Below are positions 47,898-58,548 of a stretch of DNA of 64,000 bases, piece after piece. Where the stretch lies: the NCBI GenBank assembly GCA_024279945.1, contig JAJRRA010000071.1, positions 2,171-66,170 on the forward strand. The letters are read 5' to 3'. The DNA is from Gammaproteobacteria bacterium (GTDB lineage Bacteria > Pseudomonadota > Gammaproteobacteria > Xanthomonadales > SZUA-36). The notes under the pieces are model-generated. The model was not told the DNA's origin and ran no database searches. It saw only the letters and a program-made list of their open reading frames with translations. The position numbers and the translations under genes are program-made. How positions within the stretch are numbered: the stretch's first letter is position 1; each line of letters starts with the position of its first letter.

Positions 47898-48767
47898 TTA
47901 TTCAATGTTCTGAACATGCTCCCTCATTTGTTCAATCAAAACTTTGAGTTCAACCGCAGCCTGGGTCGTTCGTTGGTCGACTGACTTGGAACTCAGCGTG
48001 TTGGATTCACGGTTGAACTCCTGCATCAGGAAATCCAGTCGGCGACCAACCGGATCATCCCGGTCCAGTACCAGCAGCGTTTCCCTGACGTGAGCGGCCA
48101 GGCGGTCCAGTTCTTCGTCGACATCCATTTTCTGAGCAAGAAAAGCGACTTCCTGTTCCAGGCGCCCGGGTTCCAGTGTTTGCTGCAGGTCTTCGATACG
48201 GCTGAGTTGTTTTTGCCGCAGGGCCTCACGGATTTCAGGCAGCCATTGCCGAATCTGTGTCACCCATTGTTCAATTCCCGCCAAGCGCTCACGGATGGCT
48301 GCAGACATCTGTTCCCCCTCGCGGCCGCGAGCGGCGTTTAAGCCTTTTGCGGCTTCTGAGAGGAGTTCCAGGGCTGCTGCATGCAGTGGCTGAGGATCTG
48401 GCGCCTGTTCCTGCACCATGCCCGGCCAGCGCAACAGGGACTGTAAATCCGGTTCCTGTTCCACACCGCTCAGGTCCCGAAATTCCTTTTGCAGGGCAAG
48501 CAGCCTGCCGGCCAGTTCCCGGTTCAGGTTCAGGTTTGAGCTGCTGATGGCTGCGGCCGGTGTATAGCGAAGCGTGGCGTCAACTTTTCCCCTGCTCAGA
48601 TGCAGCCCAAGAATTTTTCGAATTTCCGGTTCAAGGACGCGGAATTCCTCCGGAACGCGAAAGCCGAATTCAAAATAACGGTGGTTTACCGAGCGAATTT
48701 CCCAAGTGAGTCGGCCGAAATCGTACTGCTGCTCTGCACTGGCAAAGCCGGTCATACTGTGGATCAT
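47898..48767 (-). CDS. yicC: YicC-family stress-induced protein
   Basis: 289-aa ORF. MIHSMTGFA...WEIRSVNHRY start and C-terminal DFLMQEFNRESNTLSSKS...EQMREHVQNIE. Confidence 0.85.
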   Translation of the reverse strand: MIHSMTGFASAEQQYDFGRLTWEIRSVNHRYFEFGFRVPEEFRVLEPEIRKILGLHLSRGKVDATLRYTPAAAISSSNLNLNRELAGRLLALQKEFRDLSGVEQEPDLQSLLRWPGMVQEQAPDPQPLHAAALELLSEAAKGLNAARGREGEQMSAAIRERLAGIEQWVTQIRQWLPEIREALRQKQLSRIEDLQQTLEPGRLEQEVAFLAQKMDVDEELDRLAAHVRETLLVLDRDDPVGRRLDFLMQEFNRESNTLSSKSVDQRTTQAAVELKVLIEQMREHVQNIE

Positions 48768-48851
48768 GAATTGTTGCCTTTTGGATGTCTTGGCACAATG
48801 TTACCGTGAAATGACCATGGCCTGTTAACAGGCCCCGAAACAGGAGCGCAA

Positions 48852-49568
48852 ATGAGACCCAGTGGCCGAAAGCCGGATGAACTCCGGCAGATCACAATCA
48901 CGCGAAATTATTCCCGGCATGCAGAAGGTTCGGTGTTGATTCGCTGTGGAGATACCCACGTTCTGTGTACCGCTTCGGTAGAAGATCGCGTACCTCCATT
49001 CCTGCGCGGTAAAAAACAGGGCTGGGTAACGGCCGAGTACGGTATGCTTCCCCGGTCGACAGGAAGCCGGATGGGGCGTGAAGCCGCCCGCGGAAAGCAG
49101 AGTGGCCGCACGCTGGAAATTCAACGGCTGATTGGACGCTCACTCCGGGCCGTGGTGGACCGGGAAGCTCTTGGTGAAAGAACCATCACCCTGGATTGTG
49201 ATGTACTGCAAGCCGATGGTGGCACCCGGACTGCATCCATAACGGGTGCCTACGTTGCGCTGGTGGATGCCTGCTCCTGGTTGATGAAAAGGGGCGAGAT
49301 AAAAAAGGATCCGATCCACGGGCAACTTGCCGCAGTATCGGTGGGGATTTATCGGGATATGCCGGTTCTGGATCTTGATTATCCCGAGGATTCTTCCGCC
49401 GAAACTGATCTGAACGTGGTCATGAACGACGGGGGTGCTTTTATTGAACTGCAGGGAACTGCCGAGGGACATGCTTTTCGCCGGGACGAGCTTGACCGGA
49501 TGCTGGATTTGGCTGATTCTGGAATCCGGCAGTTGATGGCTTTGCAGTTGGACGCACTAGATGCCTGA
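48852..49568 (+). CDS. rph: ribonuclease PH
   Basis: 238-aa [23 protein letters not shown]...AEGSVLI and [19 protein letters not shown]. Confidence 0.9.
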   Translation: MRPSGRKPDELRQITITRNYSRHAEGSVLIRCGDTHVLCTASVEDRVPPFLRGKKQGWVTAEYGMLPRSTGSRMGREAARGKQSGRTLEIQRLIGRSLRAVVDREALGERTITLDCDVLQADGGTRTASITGAYVALVDACSWLMKRGEIKKDPIHGQLAAVSVGIYRDMPVLDLDYPEDSSAETDLNVVMNDGGAFIELQGTAEGHAFRRDELDRMLDLADSGIRQLMALQLDALDA

Positions 49569-50184
49569 TTCGAACCATCCGGGTCGCCTGCTGGTGCTTG
49601 CCAGTGGAAACGCGGGTAAGCTGAAGGAATTGTCTTCCATGCTGATGCCGCTTGGCTGGACGGTCAGGTCACAGGGTGACTGGCAGCTCAGCGAAGCCGT
49701 GGAGGATGGCCTCAGTTTTGTTGAAAATGCCCTGATCAAGGCCCGTCATGCGGCCCGCTGCACCGGACTGCAGGCTCTGGGAGATGACTCCGGGCTGGTG
49801 GTCGATGCACTGGGTGGGATGCCTGGCATTTATTCTTCCCGCTATGCCGGTGCAGATGCCGACGACAAAGCCAATAATCAGAAATTGCTGCACGCCCTTG
49901 GCGCCGTACCCGAGTCGGAGCGGACAGCGCATTTTTATTGTGCGATGGTCTTTGTGCGGCACGCAGAAGATCCCGCGCCACTGATTTCAACCGGCAAGTG
50001 GCCGGGGAAGATAATGACACGGCCCAGGGGGGAGGGTGGCTTTGGTTATGATCCGCTTTTCTGGGTCCCCGGAAGTGGCTGTACGTCTGCAGAATTGCCG
50101 GCTGATATCAAAAACCGTCTCAGCCACCGGGGGCAGGCGCTGAGCGCCCTGGCTACACAAATGAAAGATGAATTCAGGAACTGA
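49561..50184 (+). CDS. rdgB: dITP/XTP pyrophosphatase (RdgB/HAM1 family)
   Basis: 207-aa [32 protein letters not shown] and GFGYDPLF motifs. Confidence 0.9.
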   Translation: MPDSNHPGRLLVLASGNAGKLKELSSMLMPLGWTVRSQGDWQLSEAVEDGLSFVENALIKARHAARCTGLQALGDDSGLVVDALGGMPGIYSSRYAGADADDKANNQKLLHALGAVPESERTAHFYCAMVFVRHAEDPAPLISTGKWPGKIMTRPRGEGGFGYDPLFWVPGSGCTSAELPADIKNRLSHRGQALSALATQMKDEFRN

Positions 50185-51388
50185 CAGCGCACTGGACAGC
50201 CTTCCTCCACTGGCGCTGTACGTCCACCTTCCGTGGTGTGTGCGTAAGTGCCCGTACTGTGATTTCAATTCACATCAGGCGCCGTCAGAGTTGCCGGCAA
50301 AAGACTATGTTGATGCGTTGCTGGCAGACCTGGAACTGGATTTACCCTTGGTCTGGGGGCGAACGGTTCAGAGCATATTCTTTGGTGGGGGCACCCCCAG
50401 CCTGTTCAGTGCAAAGTGGATTGAGCGGCTGATTGCAGGCTTTCGGGCACGCTTGCGTGTGAGCCCTCAGGCGGAATGTACGCTGGAGGCCAATCCCGGA
50501 ACCACCGAGCATGACAGCTTCAGCGCATACCGGGATGCGGGCATCAATCGCGTCTCCCTGGGTGTGCAGAGCTTCAATGATGAGTTGCTGCAACGACTGG
50601 GAAGAATTCATGGCAGCGCCGAGATTGAAACAGCAGTGGAGTCCATTCACACTGCGGGTATTAGTAATTTCAATATTGATTTGATGTACGCCTTGCCCGG
50701 CCAGTCCACGAATGAAGCACTGGACGATATACGCAGGGCGATCCATTGCGCACCATCACACCTGTCGTTTTATCAATTGACCATTGAGCCGAATACGGCA
50801 TTCCACGCCAGTCCACCCAAGTTGCCCGATGAGGATACAGCCTGGGACATGCAGGAACAGTGTGGTGAATTACTGCTTGAGTCCGGCTTCAGGCAGTACG
50901 AGATTTCCGCCTGGGCCCGTGCGGGGTTCCGTTGCCGGCACAATCTGAATTACTGGCGTTATGGAGACTTTCTGGGCATTGGCGCCGGCGCTCACTCGAA
51001 GTTGACGCTGCCTGCAGAGCAGTCCGTGAGACGCAGGGTAAGACACCGTCATCCGGACGTCTGGCTCAAGGCAATGCAGAGCGGAGAATGGCTTGCAGAT
51101 GACCGCTTGATTGGTGAAGAAGAACGGGTGTTCGAATTTTTTCTGAATCAGTTGCGTTTATACGATGGCGTTCGCAAAGATCAGTTTACGCCGCGTACCG
51201 GAGTGGGCTGGAACCGGATATCGGCCCGGCTTGAAAAAGCCATAGAAAGGGGTGTGTTACAAGACAGTTGCGGTATGTTGAAGCCTACAGCCCTTGGCTG
51301 GCGGTTCAGTAATGAAATTCAGGCCATGTTCTTACCGCCCGGAATAGAAAAAAAACCGCAATCCTCTTATAATGCAGACTTGCATTGA
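50168..51388 (+). CDS. hemW: radical SAM heme chaperone HemW (HemN-like)
   Basis: 406-aa ORF. CxxxCxxC motif LPWCVRKCPYCDF. HemN-like core, GGGTPS motif. Confidence 0.85.
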   Translation: MNSGTDSALDSLPPLALYVHLPWCVRKCPYCDFNSHQAPSELPAKDYVDALLADLELDLPLVWGRTVQSIFFGGGTPSLFSAKWIERLIAGFRARLRVSPQAECTLEANPGTTEHDSFSAYRDAGINRVSLGVQSFNDELLQRLGRIHGSAEIETAVESIHTAGISNFNIDLMYALPGQSTNEALDDIRRAIHCAPSHLSFYQLTIEPNTAFHASPPKLPDEDTAWDMQEQCGELLLESGFRQYEISAWARAGFRCRHNLNYWRYGDFLGIGAGAHSKLTLPAEQSVRRRVRHRHPDVWLKAMQSGEWLADDRLIGEEERVFEFFLNQLRLYDGVRKDQFTPRTGVGWNRISARLEKAIERGVLQDSCGMLKPTALGWRFSNEIQAMFLPPGIEKKPQSSYNADLH

Positions 51389-51454
51389 GCCGGCAGCGTC
51401 AGTACACTGGCCGGTCTTTCGCGTAAGCGTAAACCCTATTATTAAGGAACTGTC

Positions 51455-51697
51455 ATGAAAGTCGGCATTCACCCCGAATACAAAGAAGTGGTATTCCAGG
51501 ACATATCTTCGGATTTTGCCTTCCTGACCCGCTCAACGATCAATAGTAAAGAAACCATCAAGTGGGAAGACGGTAACGAGTACCCGTTGATCAAGGTTGA
51601 AGTTTCCAGCGCTTCACATCCCTTTTATACCGGCAAGCACAAGATGCTTGACTCCGGCGGTCGTGTTGATCGATTTAAAAAGCGCTACGGCAAGTAA
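51455..51697 (+). CDS. rpmE2: 50S ribosomal protein L31, type B (no zinc-binding Cys motif)
   Basis: 80-aa [19 protein letters not shown]...[26 protein letters not shown]. No CxxC pairs. Confidence 0.85.
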   Translation: MKVGIHPEYKEVVFQDISSDFAFLTRSTINSKETIKWEDGNEYPLIKVEVSSASHPFYTGKHKMLDSGGRVDRFKKRYGK

Positions 51698-51741
51698 GGG
51701 AATCGGCAGGCAAAAACAGAAAAAACCTCGTCAATCAAAAA

Positions 51742-51777
51742 GGCCCGTGCCGGCAACGCCGGCACGGGCCTTTTTTT
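51742..51777 (+). terminator. strong rho-independent terminator after rpmE2
   Basis: GGCCCGTGCCGGC-AAC-GCCGGCACGGGCC (13-bp perfect stem) followed by TTTTTTT. Confidence 0.9.
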
Positions 51778-51854
51778 GTGGTGCTCCGCGCTATCATTAG
51801 TCTCTCTAAGCGCATGATTAACAAATGAAATAATAGCGTAATAATCGGCTTGGG

Positions 51855-51863
51855 TGCTATAAT
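51855..51863 (+). promoter_or_regulatory. extended -10 element TGcTATAAT upstream of gltA
   Basis: Sequence TGCTATAAT read directly, about 95 nt upstream of the GTG start. No clear -35. Confidence 0.3.
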
Positions 51864-51958
51864 AAATCATCCTCGCAGCAGACGGAACAGCCAAAGTAAT
51901 TCGGTGCTCAGTTTGCAGCCCACATTCTAGAATAGACGAGTCAGTCAAGGAGAATTCA

Positions 51959-53251
51959 GTGTCTGAAAAATATGTATTGATAACGGACGAATCCACTGGT
52001 AAAGATCTGCGATTGCCGGTAGTTGAAGGTACCGAAGGGGAACCAACGCTGGCCATCAAGGCATTACCTTCAACCCTGGGCTATTTCACCTATGATCCTG
52101 GTTTTTCCGCCACTGCGGCCTGTACCAGTCGCCTGACCTTTATCGACGGCGGCAAAGGCATTTTGCGTTACAGAGGCTATCCCATTGAGCAGTTGGCAGG
52201 CCAGAGCAGTTTTCTTGAGGTGGCCTACCTGTTGCTGAATGGAGAATTGCCCAGTGAAGAGGAATTTTCCGGCTTCAGTGAACAAATCACTCATCACACA
52301 ATGGTTCATGAACAATTGAATCATTTTATAGCCGGTTTCCACTATGATGCACACCCGATGGCCATGATGGCCGGTGTCGTGGGTTCGCTGGCGGCTTTCT
52401 ATCATGACCGGATGGATATGGAGAATCCGGAGCACCGTATGCTGGCGGCCCAGCGTATGATTGCCAAGATGCCGACCATCGCAGCGGCCTGTTATCGACA
52501 TCACATGGGTCGGCCGACGGCATACCCGAGAAATTCGCTCGGTTTCTGTGGCCGTTTCCTGGACATGATGTTTTCCGTGCCGGCCGAAAAGTATGAAGTC
52601 AGCCCGCTTGCGGCCAGGGTAATCGATCTCCTCTTTATACTGCATGCGGACCACGAACAAAACGCCAGTACCTCCACCGTGAGGCTGGTTGGATCAACCG
52701 GTGCTAACCCTTATGCCTGCGTTGCTGCCGGCATCTCCGCCTTGTGGGGGCCCGCTCATGGTGGCGCGAATGAGGCTGTGTTGGATATGCTGAGCGAAAT
52801 CGGCGATATCTCCAATGTGCCCGCATACATTAAACGGGCAAAGGACAAATCCGATCCCTTCCGTCTGATGGGTTTCGGGCATCGCGTCTATAAGAACTAC
52901 GATCCTCGGGCGACCATCATCCGCAAGGCATGCTACGACGTGCTGGATGAAATGGGTGTGGATGATCCGATGATGGACCTGGCCATGGAGTTGGAGCGTA
53001 TTGCCCTGGAAGATGACTATTTCATCGAAAAGAAGCTCTACCCCAATGTCGATTTCTATTCCGGAATCATCTACCGGGCCTTGGGCATTCCAGTCAGCAT
53101 GTTTACCGTCATGTTTGCCATAGCCAGGACAGTGGGATGGGTTGCCCAGTGGCTTGAGCAAAGCAAGGAACCGACCCGCATCGGCCGTCCCCGGCAGGTT
53201 TACAGTGGCCCGACAGCACGCGATTACGTGCCAATGGAAAAACGCTCCTAG
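51959..53251 (+). CDS. gltA: citrate synthase (type II)
   Basis: 430-aa GTG-start ORF (AAGGAG Shine-Dalgarno). Motifs [12 protein letters not shown] and [13 protein letters not shown]. Confidence 0.9.
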   Translation: MSEKYVLITDESTGKDLRLPVVEGTEGEPTLAIKALPSTLGYFTYDPGFSATAACTSRLTFIDGGKGILRYRGYPIEQLAGQSSFLEVAYLLLNGELPSEEEFSGFSEQITHHTMVHEQLNHFIAGFHYDAHPMAMMAGVVGSLAAFYHDRMDMENPEHRMLAAQRMIAKMPTIAAACYRHHMGRPTAYPRNSLGFCGRFLDMMFSVPAEKYEVSPLAARVIDLLFILHADHEQNASTSTVRLVGSTGANPYACVAAGISALWGPAHGGANEAVLDMLSEIGDISNVPAYIKRAKDKSDPFRLMGFGHRVYKNYDPRATIIRKACYDVLDEMGVDDPMMDLAMELERIALEDDYFIEKKLYPNVDFYSGIIYRALGIPVSMFTVMFAIARTVGWVAQWLEQSKEPTRIGRPRQVYSGPTARDYVPMEKRS

Positions 53252-53431
53252 CCCGCTAGCTGGCTACACGATCATCAGGGCCTGACAGCATTTGTCGGGC
53301 CCTGATGCATCCTGAATTCCGAGACGGAGGCTCTTTGTTGGGGGGCATTGATTGGGCTTGGTGGTGCAATATTACGGGCGGCTTCAGCAGCGACCTGCAT
53401 GCGCGTCTGTTTGAGTCTGGCGGCCAATCAC

Positions 53432-55948
53432 TCAGTATATTTCGTACGGGTTTTCCTCTGTTGAGACATCCTGGCTTTCTCCTCCCGTAGCCTGCTCCAT
53501 CGGCGGCAGCCTCCCCACTTGGAATATTTCCATAATTGCCTTGTCGTTATCAAGTCTGGCGAGCAATCCGGAGTCCGGATCTATCCTGGCCTGTGCAAGG
53601 CCTTCAGGCATCGTCGGGGGCTTGTCCTCGACGCCATCAAGTGCCGCTCCCATGAATTCCATCCAGACAGGCAGAGCGGCACGGCCGCCCAGTTCTCTTT
53701 TTCCCAAGGGGTCGTGATTGTCGAATCCTACCCACACCGAAGTCACCAGGTAGTCGTTGTAGCCGGAAAACCAGGCATCACGCTGTTCATTGGTGGTTCC
53801 CGTTTTTCCTGCCAGGTCGTGGCGGCCAAGTTGCATGGCGCGTATACCGGTTCCCCGGCGAACAACATCCATCATCATGGAGCGGACCAGGTATGCATTC
53901 TGGGGGGATATGGTGCTTTTAGCGTACGGGCTTTCGGCTGCAGGATCAGGCTTGCGCCGGTCTGAGCCTTTTGCAGTGACTTCCAGCCCCTGGGAATTTG
54001 AAGCAATATTCAGTGGTCTGAATTCGGGGTTGTTGGCTTTGTCATGGCCTGACTCGGTGACTTCTTCCGCCACTTTTTCTTCGCAGTCATCACAAATAAT
54101 GGATGGCAGTGTTTGGTACACCACGTGGTCTGAAGAATCCACAATAGAACGAATGAAATGAGGCGTTACCAGGTGGCCGCCGTTGGCAAAGACTGCGTAG
54201 CCCCTGGCCATGGAGAGGGGGCTCAGAGAGGCACTTCCAAGCGCCAGGGAGAGGTTGGCCGGGAGTTCGTCCAACCGGAAACCAAAGCGTGTGATGTACT
54301 GCCTGGCATAATCAACACCAATGTCACGCAGCAAGCGGATGGAGACCAAATTGCGGGAGTTGACCATGGCTTCTCTGAGGCGGGTGGGGCCATAGAATTT
54401 CTGACTGAAATTTTGCGGCTTCCAGGTCCTTTCGAGCTCCTTGTCTTCGAAAACTATGGGGGCATCATTAATAATGCTCGCTACCGTAAAACCACGATCA
54501 AGGGCCGCTGAATAAACAAAGGGTTTGAAACTGGACCCCGGTTGCCTGCGTCCCTGCGTCACGCGGTTGAATTTGCTGCGTGAAAAGTCAGAACCGCCGA
54601 CCAGTGCTTTGATATCGCCGGTCCATGGATCCAGTGAAACCAGCGCAGCCTCGACTTCCGGCAGTTGCCCCAACTCCCATGTTCCGTCATTACCCAACCG
54701 GGTGCGGACAATATCTCCCGGCACCATGATGTCACTTATGGTTGATGGCGCCTTGCCCTTTCTGTCACGACTAATAAAAGGTGCAGCCCATTTTGTCTGA
54801 TCGAGGCTAAGTGCTATGGTCTGTCCGCTGCGCAGGTAGACCAGGGCGATCTCACCTTCGGCCTCAATGACCAGACCCGGCTCCAGTCCGGCAACGGGCC
54901 GGTAGCTTGTCAATATTTCGTCCCAGGCCCGGGGGGTGTGCTTGTCTGCAAGGTCGATATGAGCTTCTGCTCCACGGAAGCCATGTCGCTGGTCGTATTC
55001 CTCAAGTCCTTTGTCCACGGCAAGATTCGCTGCCGCCTGCAACCGGCTGTCAATGGTAGTGAATACTTTGTAGCCACCGGTATAGGCCTTTGATCCGAGC
55101 AGGCTCAGTGCCTTGACCCGAACCATTTCGGCCACATAGGGCGCTGATATCTCGGCAATGGCGCCGTGATAGAACGCGCGGTCCTGCTCTTTGAGCGCTG
55201 TTTCATGCTGGGATTCATCTATATAACCCAGAACCAGCATCCGCTTCAGCACATAGTTTCTTCGTTCCAGCGCACGTTCCGGAGAGTTGATTGGGTTAAT
55301 TCGTGAGGGTGCTTTGGGCAGTGCTGCGATCATGGCGCATTGCGCCAGTGACAACTCCGATACAGATTTTCCGTAGTAAACTTCGGCCGCTGCACCGACG
55401 CCGTAAGCACGGTAGCCGAGGAAAATCTTATTCAGGTAAAGTTCGAGAATGAGATCTTTATCCAACTGCCCTTCGATTTTCAGCGCAAGAAATATTTCTT
55501 TGATTTTCCGGGTGAATGTTTTTTCCGAAGTGAGGAAAAAGTTTCTGGCCAGTTGCTGGGTGATGGTACTGCCGCCAATGGATTTTTCACCTGTCGTTAA
55601 CAGGGACCAGGCAGCACGCGTAATTCCCTGGTAGTCAACGCCGGGGTGTTCATAAAACCGAGCGTCCTCGCCGGCAATAAAGGCATTTTTCAGTTGAGCA
55701 GGGATTTCGTCTATTGTGACCGGAGTGCGTCGTTTCTCGCCAAAGATTCCGAGCAGTTTCCGATCTGCACTGAACACCCGCAGGGGAACCTGCAACTGAA
55801 TATCACGCAGGGTTTCGACATCCGGCAGTTCAGGTTTGAGTATCAGGTAAGTGACGCCAATGCCCAGGGCAACAAGCAAGACAGACACGAGGGAAAAAAC
55901 AAGTAAGCGGAGGAAAAGTTTTTTCACACAAAAATCCTGCTGGGCCAA
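53432..55948 (-). CDS. mrcA: penicillin-binding protein 1A (bifunctional transglycosylase/transpeptidase)
   Basis: 838-aa ORF. GT51 motifs EDARFYEHPG, GGSTITQQ and RKIKE. Transpeptidase motifs SSFKP, SRN and KTGT. Confidence 0.9.
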   Translation of the reverse strand: MAQQDFCVKKLFLRLLVFSLVSVLLVALGIGVTYLILKPELPDVETLRDIQLQVPLRVFSADRKLLGIFGEKRRTPVTIDEIPAQLKNAFIAGEDARFYEHPGVDYQGITRAAWSLLTTGEKSIGGSTITQQLARNFFLTSEKTFTRKIKEIFLALKIEGQLDKDLILELYLNKIFLGYRAYGVGAAAEVYYGKSVSELSLAQCAMIAALPKAPSRINPINSPERALERRNYVLKRMLVLGYIDESQHETALKEQDRAFYHGAIAEISAPYVAEMVRVKALSLLGSKAYTGGYKVFTTIDSRLQAAANLAVDKGLEEYDQRHGFRGAEAHIDLADKHTPRAWDEILTSYRPVAGLEPGLVIEAEGEIALVYLRSGQTIALSLDQTKWAAPFISRDRKGKAPSTISDIMVPGDIVRTRLGNDGTWELGQLPEVEAALVSLDPWTGDIKALVGGSDFSRSKFNRVTQGRRQPGSSFKPFVYSAALDRGFTVASIINDAPIVFEDKELERTWKPQNFSQKFYGPTRLREAMVNSRNLVSIRLLRDIGVDYARQYITRFGFRLDELPANLSLALGSASLSPLSMARGYAVFANGGHLVTPHFIRSIVDSSDHVVYQTLPSIICDDCEEKVAEEVTESGHDKANNPEFRPLNIASNSQGLEVTAKGSDRRKPDPAAESPYAKSTISPQNAYLVRSMMMDVVRRGTGIRAMQLGRHDLAGKTGTTNEQRDAWFSGYNDYLVTSVWVGFDNHDPLGKRELGGRAALPVWMEFMGAALDGVEDKPPTMPEGLAQARIDPDSGLLARLDNDKAIMEIFQVGRLPPMEQATGGESQDVSTEENPYEIY

Positions 55949-56258
55949 TGTAAACAGTCAATGAAAACTTACCAGGAAAACAATTTATTTCGATTTTTAC
56001 CGCAATACCCAGTAAAAATCGGTATGATAGCAACTGGCAAGCAAGGAAGCGGCCAGTCTTCACATCAGGTTGACAACATCGCTTCCCAATAAATTCCACA
56101 GCTTGCATTATAATGTCAGTGGAGTGTGAGCGATTGAAGTTTTATCGCTGCTTTTGACAGAAAATGTGACATCAACGTTGAGATACGGTTCATTTTCTGT
56201 TACAAACCAATGTAAGAAGTGTCAGTAAACCATTGTCGAGCAAAGGATTGAGGGCAAT

Positions 56259-57317
56259 TTGAAACTCTTCGGCACAAGATCAACACCCGTAATGGGCTTG
56301 GATATAGGGTCTTCAGGCGTTCGCCTGTTGCAGCTTTCACGTCATGGATCCTCCTACCGGATAGACCACTTCGCGATTGAGCCGCTTCCGCAGGGTGTCA
56401 TCGTAGAAAAATCGGTTCAGGATATCGAAGCCATCTCAGATGCGATTCAATCAGCCGTAAGGAATTCGGGTTCGGATTCGAAATGCTGTGCTGTCGCTGT
56501 ATCCGGATCGGCTGTATTCACCAAGACCATCAGCCTTCAGTCCAATCTGGCGGAAGCAGATTATGAGAGCCAGGTACAGATTGAGGCAAACCAGTACATT
56601 CCCTATCCCCTGGATGAAGTTAGCCTGGATTTTGAAGTGTTGGGCCCTTCGCCACGTAATGCAGACATGGTAGATATCCTGCTGGCAGCCAGTAAAAATG
56701 AAAACGTCGAGGCCCGGCAGGACGCATTGGAGTCGCTGGGACTCAAGGCCAAGGTCGTTGATGTAGAATCATTTGCCATTGCAAACGCATTTGAGTTAAT
56801 CCGTGAAAGAGACGGGATCAGAAGCACCGAAACGATTGGTGTGTTCGATATCGGCTATGATCTTTCCACCCTGCTGATCCTTAGAAATGGTCGTGTTATT
56901 TATACACGCGATCATCCTTTTGGTGGAAAACAGCTGTTTGAAGAAATCACGCGGCGTTATGACATGCCACCGGAACAGGCTGATTTCTTCATGCGAGGAG
57001 AGCCTGGGCCGGAAAACTTTGACGATGAAGTGCTCGAGCCATTCATGCTGAACGTTGTGCACCAGATAAGTCGAGCCCTTCAGTTTTATAGTTCCAGCGC
57101 CGAGTTCTCCAATATCAGAACCATTTATCTCGCTGGTTCCATGGCAAACATTAAGGGCCTGTCCGGCATCGTTGAGCAGGAATTGGGCGTCAAGACCGGT
57201 ATAGCTGATCCGGTTAGCGGCTTGGAACTGGCCCCTTCAGTTGCAGTAACTGCATTGACAAGGAATGCCCCCAACCTGATGGTTGCGATGGGGTTGGCGC
57301 TGAGAGGGTTTGACTGA
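56259..57317 (+). CDS. pilM: type IV pilus assembly protein PilM
   Basis: 352-aa ORF (TTG start; the alternative ATG at 56292 gives MGLDIGSS). Actin-like ATPase fold. Divergent from ponA as in Pseudomonas. Confidence 0.85.
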   Translation: MKLFGTRSTPVMGLDIGSSGVRLLQLSRHGSSYRIDHFAIEPLPQGVIVEKSVQDIEAISDAIQSAVRNSGSDSKCCAVAVSGSAVFTKTISLQSNLAEADYESQVQIEANQYIPYPLDEVSLDFEVLGPSPRNADMVDILLAASKNENVEARQDALESLGLKAKVVDVESFAIANAFELIRERDGIRSTETIGVFDIGYDLSTLLILRNGRVIYTRDHPFGGKQLFEEITRRYDMPPEQADFFMRGEPGPENFDDEVLEPFMLNVVHQISRALQFYSSSAEFSNIRTIYLAGSMANIKGLSGIVEQELGVKTGIADPVSGLELAPSVAVTALTRNAPNLMVAMGLALRGFD

Positions 57318-57910
57318 TGGCCAGAATCAATCTCCTTCCGTGGCGTGAGGAAGCGCGCAGGGAGCGCCAGCGGCAGTTCATGTATTCCCTGGTAGGCACC
57401 CTGGTTCTGGGCGCAATCCTGGTCCTGATTGTTGGCTTGTTTATTGACCAGCGGATCAGCCACCAGGAGGCGCGAAATCAACAGATTCAGGTCGAAATCA
57501 ATCGTCTGCAGCTGCGCATCGAACGGATAGCGGAACTGGAAAATACCCGCAACCGACTGCTTTCACGTAAGCAGGTAATTGAGTCCCTGCAGGCCAGTCG
57601 CTCACTTACGGTAGAACTGCTGGACCAACTGGCCAGAAGTATACCGGTTGGGGTGACTTTGCGAACGGTCAAACAGCAGGGCACAAAACTGGTCCTGATG
57701 GGTACCAGCCAATCTAACGCACGGGTTTCGGCTTACCTGCAGAGCCTCGAAGGAATGAGTTTTTTTGTTGGGCCTGAGTTGCAGTATGTGCGTGCAGCCG
57801 AGAAGCCGGAAAGCCGCGTTGAAAGCTATGAGTTTGCTATTCAGGTCAGCCTGGACAATACCCCCGACGAAGAATCGGGTGATGGCGAAGACCAGGTGGG
57901 GGCGAGCTGA
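57317..57910 (+). CDS. pilN: type IV pilus assembly protein PilN
   Basis: 197-aa ORF. MARINLLPWREEARRERQRQF followed by a TM helix. ATGA-type coupling with pilM. Confidence 0.85.
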   Translation: MARINLLPWREEARRERQRQFMYSLVGTLVLGAILVLIVGLFIDQRISHQEARNQQIQVEINRLQLRIERIAELENTRNRLLSRKQVIESLQASRSLTVELLDQLARSIPVGVTLRTVKQQGTKLVLMGTSQSNARVSAYLQSLEGMSFFVGPELQYVRAAEKPESRVESYEFAIQVSLDNTPDEESGDGEDQVGAS

Positions 57911-58548
57911 TGATTAACGAACTAAGAGATCTTGATTTTCGTGATATCGGCAGTGCTCCCGCGTCAGTGCGCTACGTGATCCTCAGTTTCCTGCTGGTAA
58001 TAATTATTGCCATCGGTTATTTCCTGTTGGTCAAAACCAAGCTTGAGCAGCTTGAAATTGTTCATAAAAAAGAATCTTCCCTGCGTGTTGAATTTGAGAG
58101 CAAACAGGAAAAAGCTTCCAACCTCGAAGCGTACGAGGTGCAACTGGCTGAAATGCAGGAGTTGCTCGAAACCATGTTCCGGCAACTTCCCAGCAAGACC
58201 GAAATGGACAAATTGTTGGTGGATGTTTCACAGACTGCCCTGGCAGCTGGAATTGATGTTCAGTTATTCCAGCCCAATGCCGAAACCCACCATGATTTCT
58301 ATGCAGAAAGACCAATCTCTGTTCGCATGCTGGGTGACTATCACCAGTTTGGTGAGTTCGTCAGCGGTGTGGCGTCACTGCCAAGAGTAGTGATTCTCAC
58401 CATGCATGATATTTCTTTGCGTCGCGCAACCAGTCGGGACATTGGCGGTGGTGATGATGGCCGCCTGATCCTGGAGGGGACGGTCAAGACCTATCGCTAC
58501 ATTGACGAAGAAGAGGCTGCAGAACTGGCCGAGGCGAATGCGCCATGA
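57910..58548 (+). CDS. pilO: type IV pilus assembly protein PilO
   Basis: 212-aa ORF. N-terminal TM helix, coiled coil, then YHQFGEFVSGVASLPRVV motif. Confidence 0.85.
   Translation: MINELRDLDFRDIGSAPASVRYVILSFLLVIIIAIGYFLLVKTKLEQLEIVHKKESSLRVEFESKQEKASNLEAYEVQLAEMQELLETMFRQLPSKTEMDKLLVDVSQTALAAGIDVQLFQPNAETHHDFYAERPISVRMLGDYHQFGEFVSGVASLPRVVILTMHDISLRRATSRDIGGGDDGRLILEGTVKTYRYIDEEEAAELAEANAP

Noticed and set aside
49561-49580. tRNA-like GATTCGAACC (T-arm-like) sequence
   Set aside because: It lies inside the rdgB start region and has no acceptor, D or anticodon arms around it. No tRNA genes are recognisable in the window.
53252-53431. 61-aa ORF 53305..53490 and a hairpin ATCAGGGCC-N15-GGCCCTGAT between gltA and ponA
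   Set aside because: The ORF overlaps the ponA 3' end and has no motif. The hairpin has a 15-nt loop and no T tract, so I did not list it as a terminator.
56070-56114. TTGACA (56070-56075) plus TATAAT (56109-56114) as the pilM promoter
   Set aside because: Both hexamers are perfect, but they are 33 nt apart, far outside the 16-19 nt spacer range. At most the TATAAT alone may be functional.
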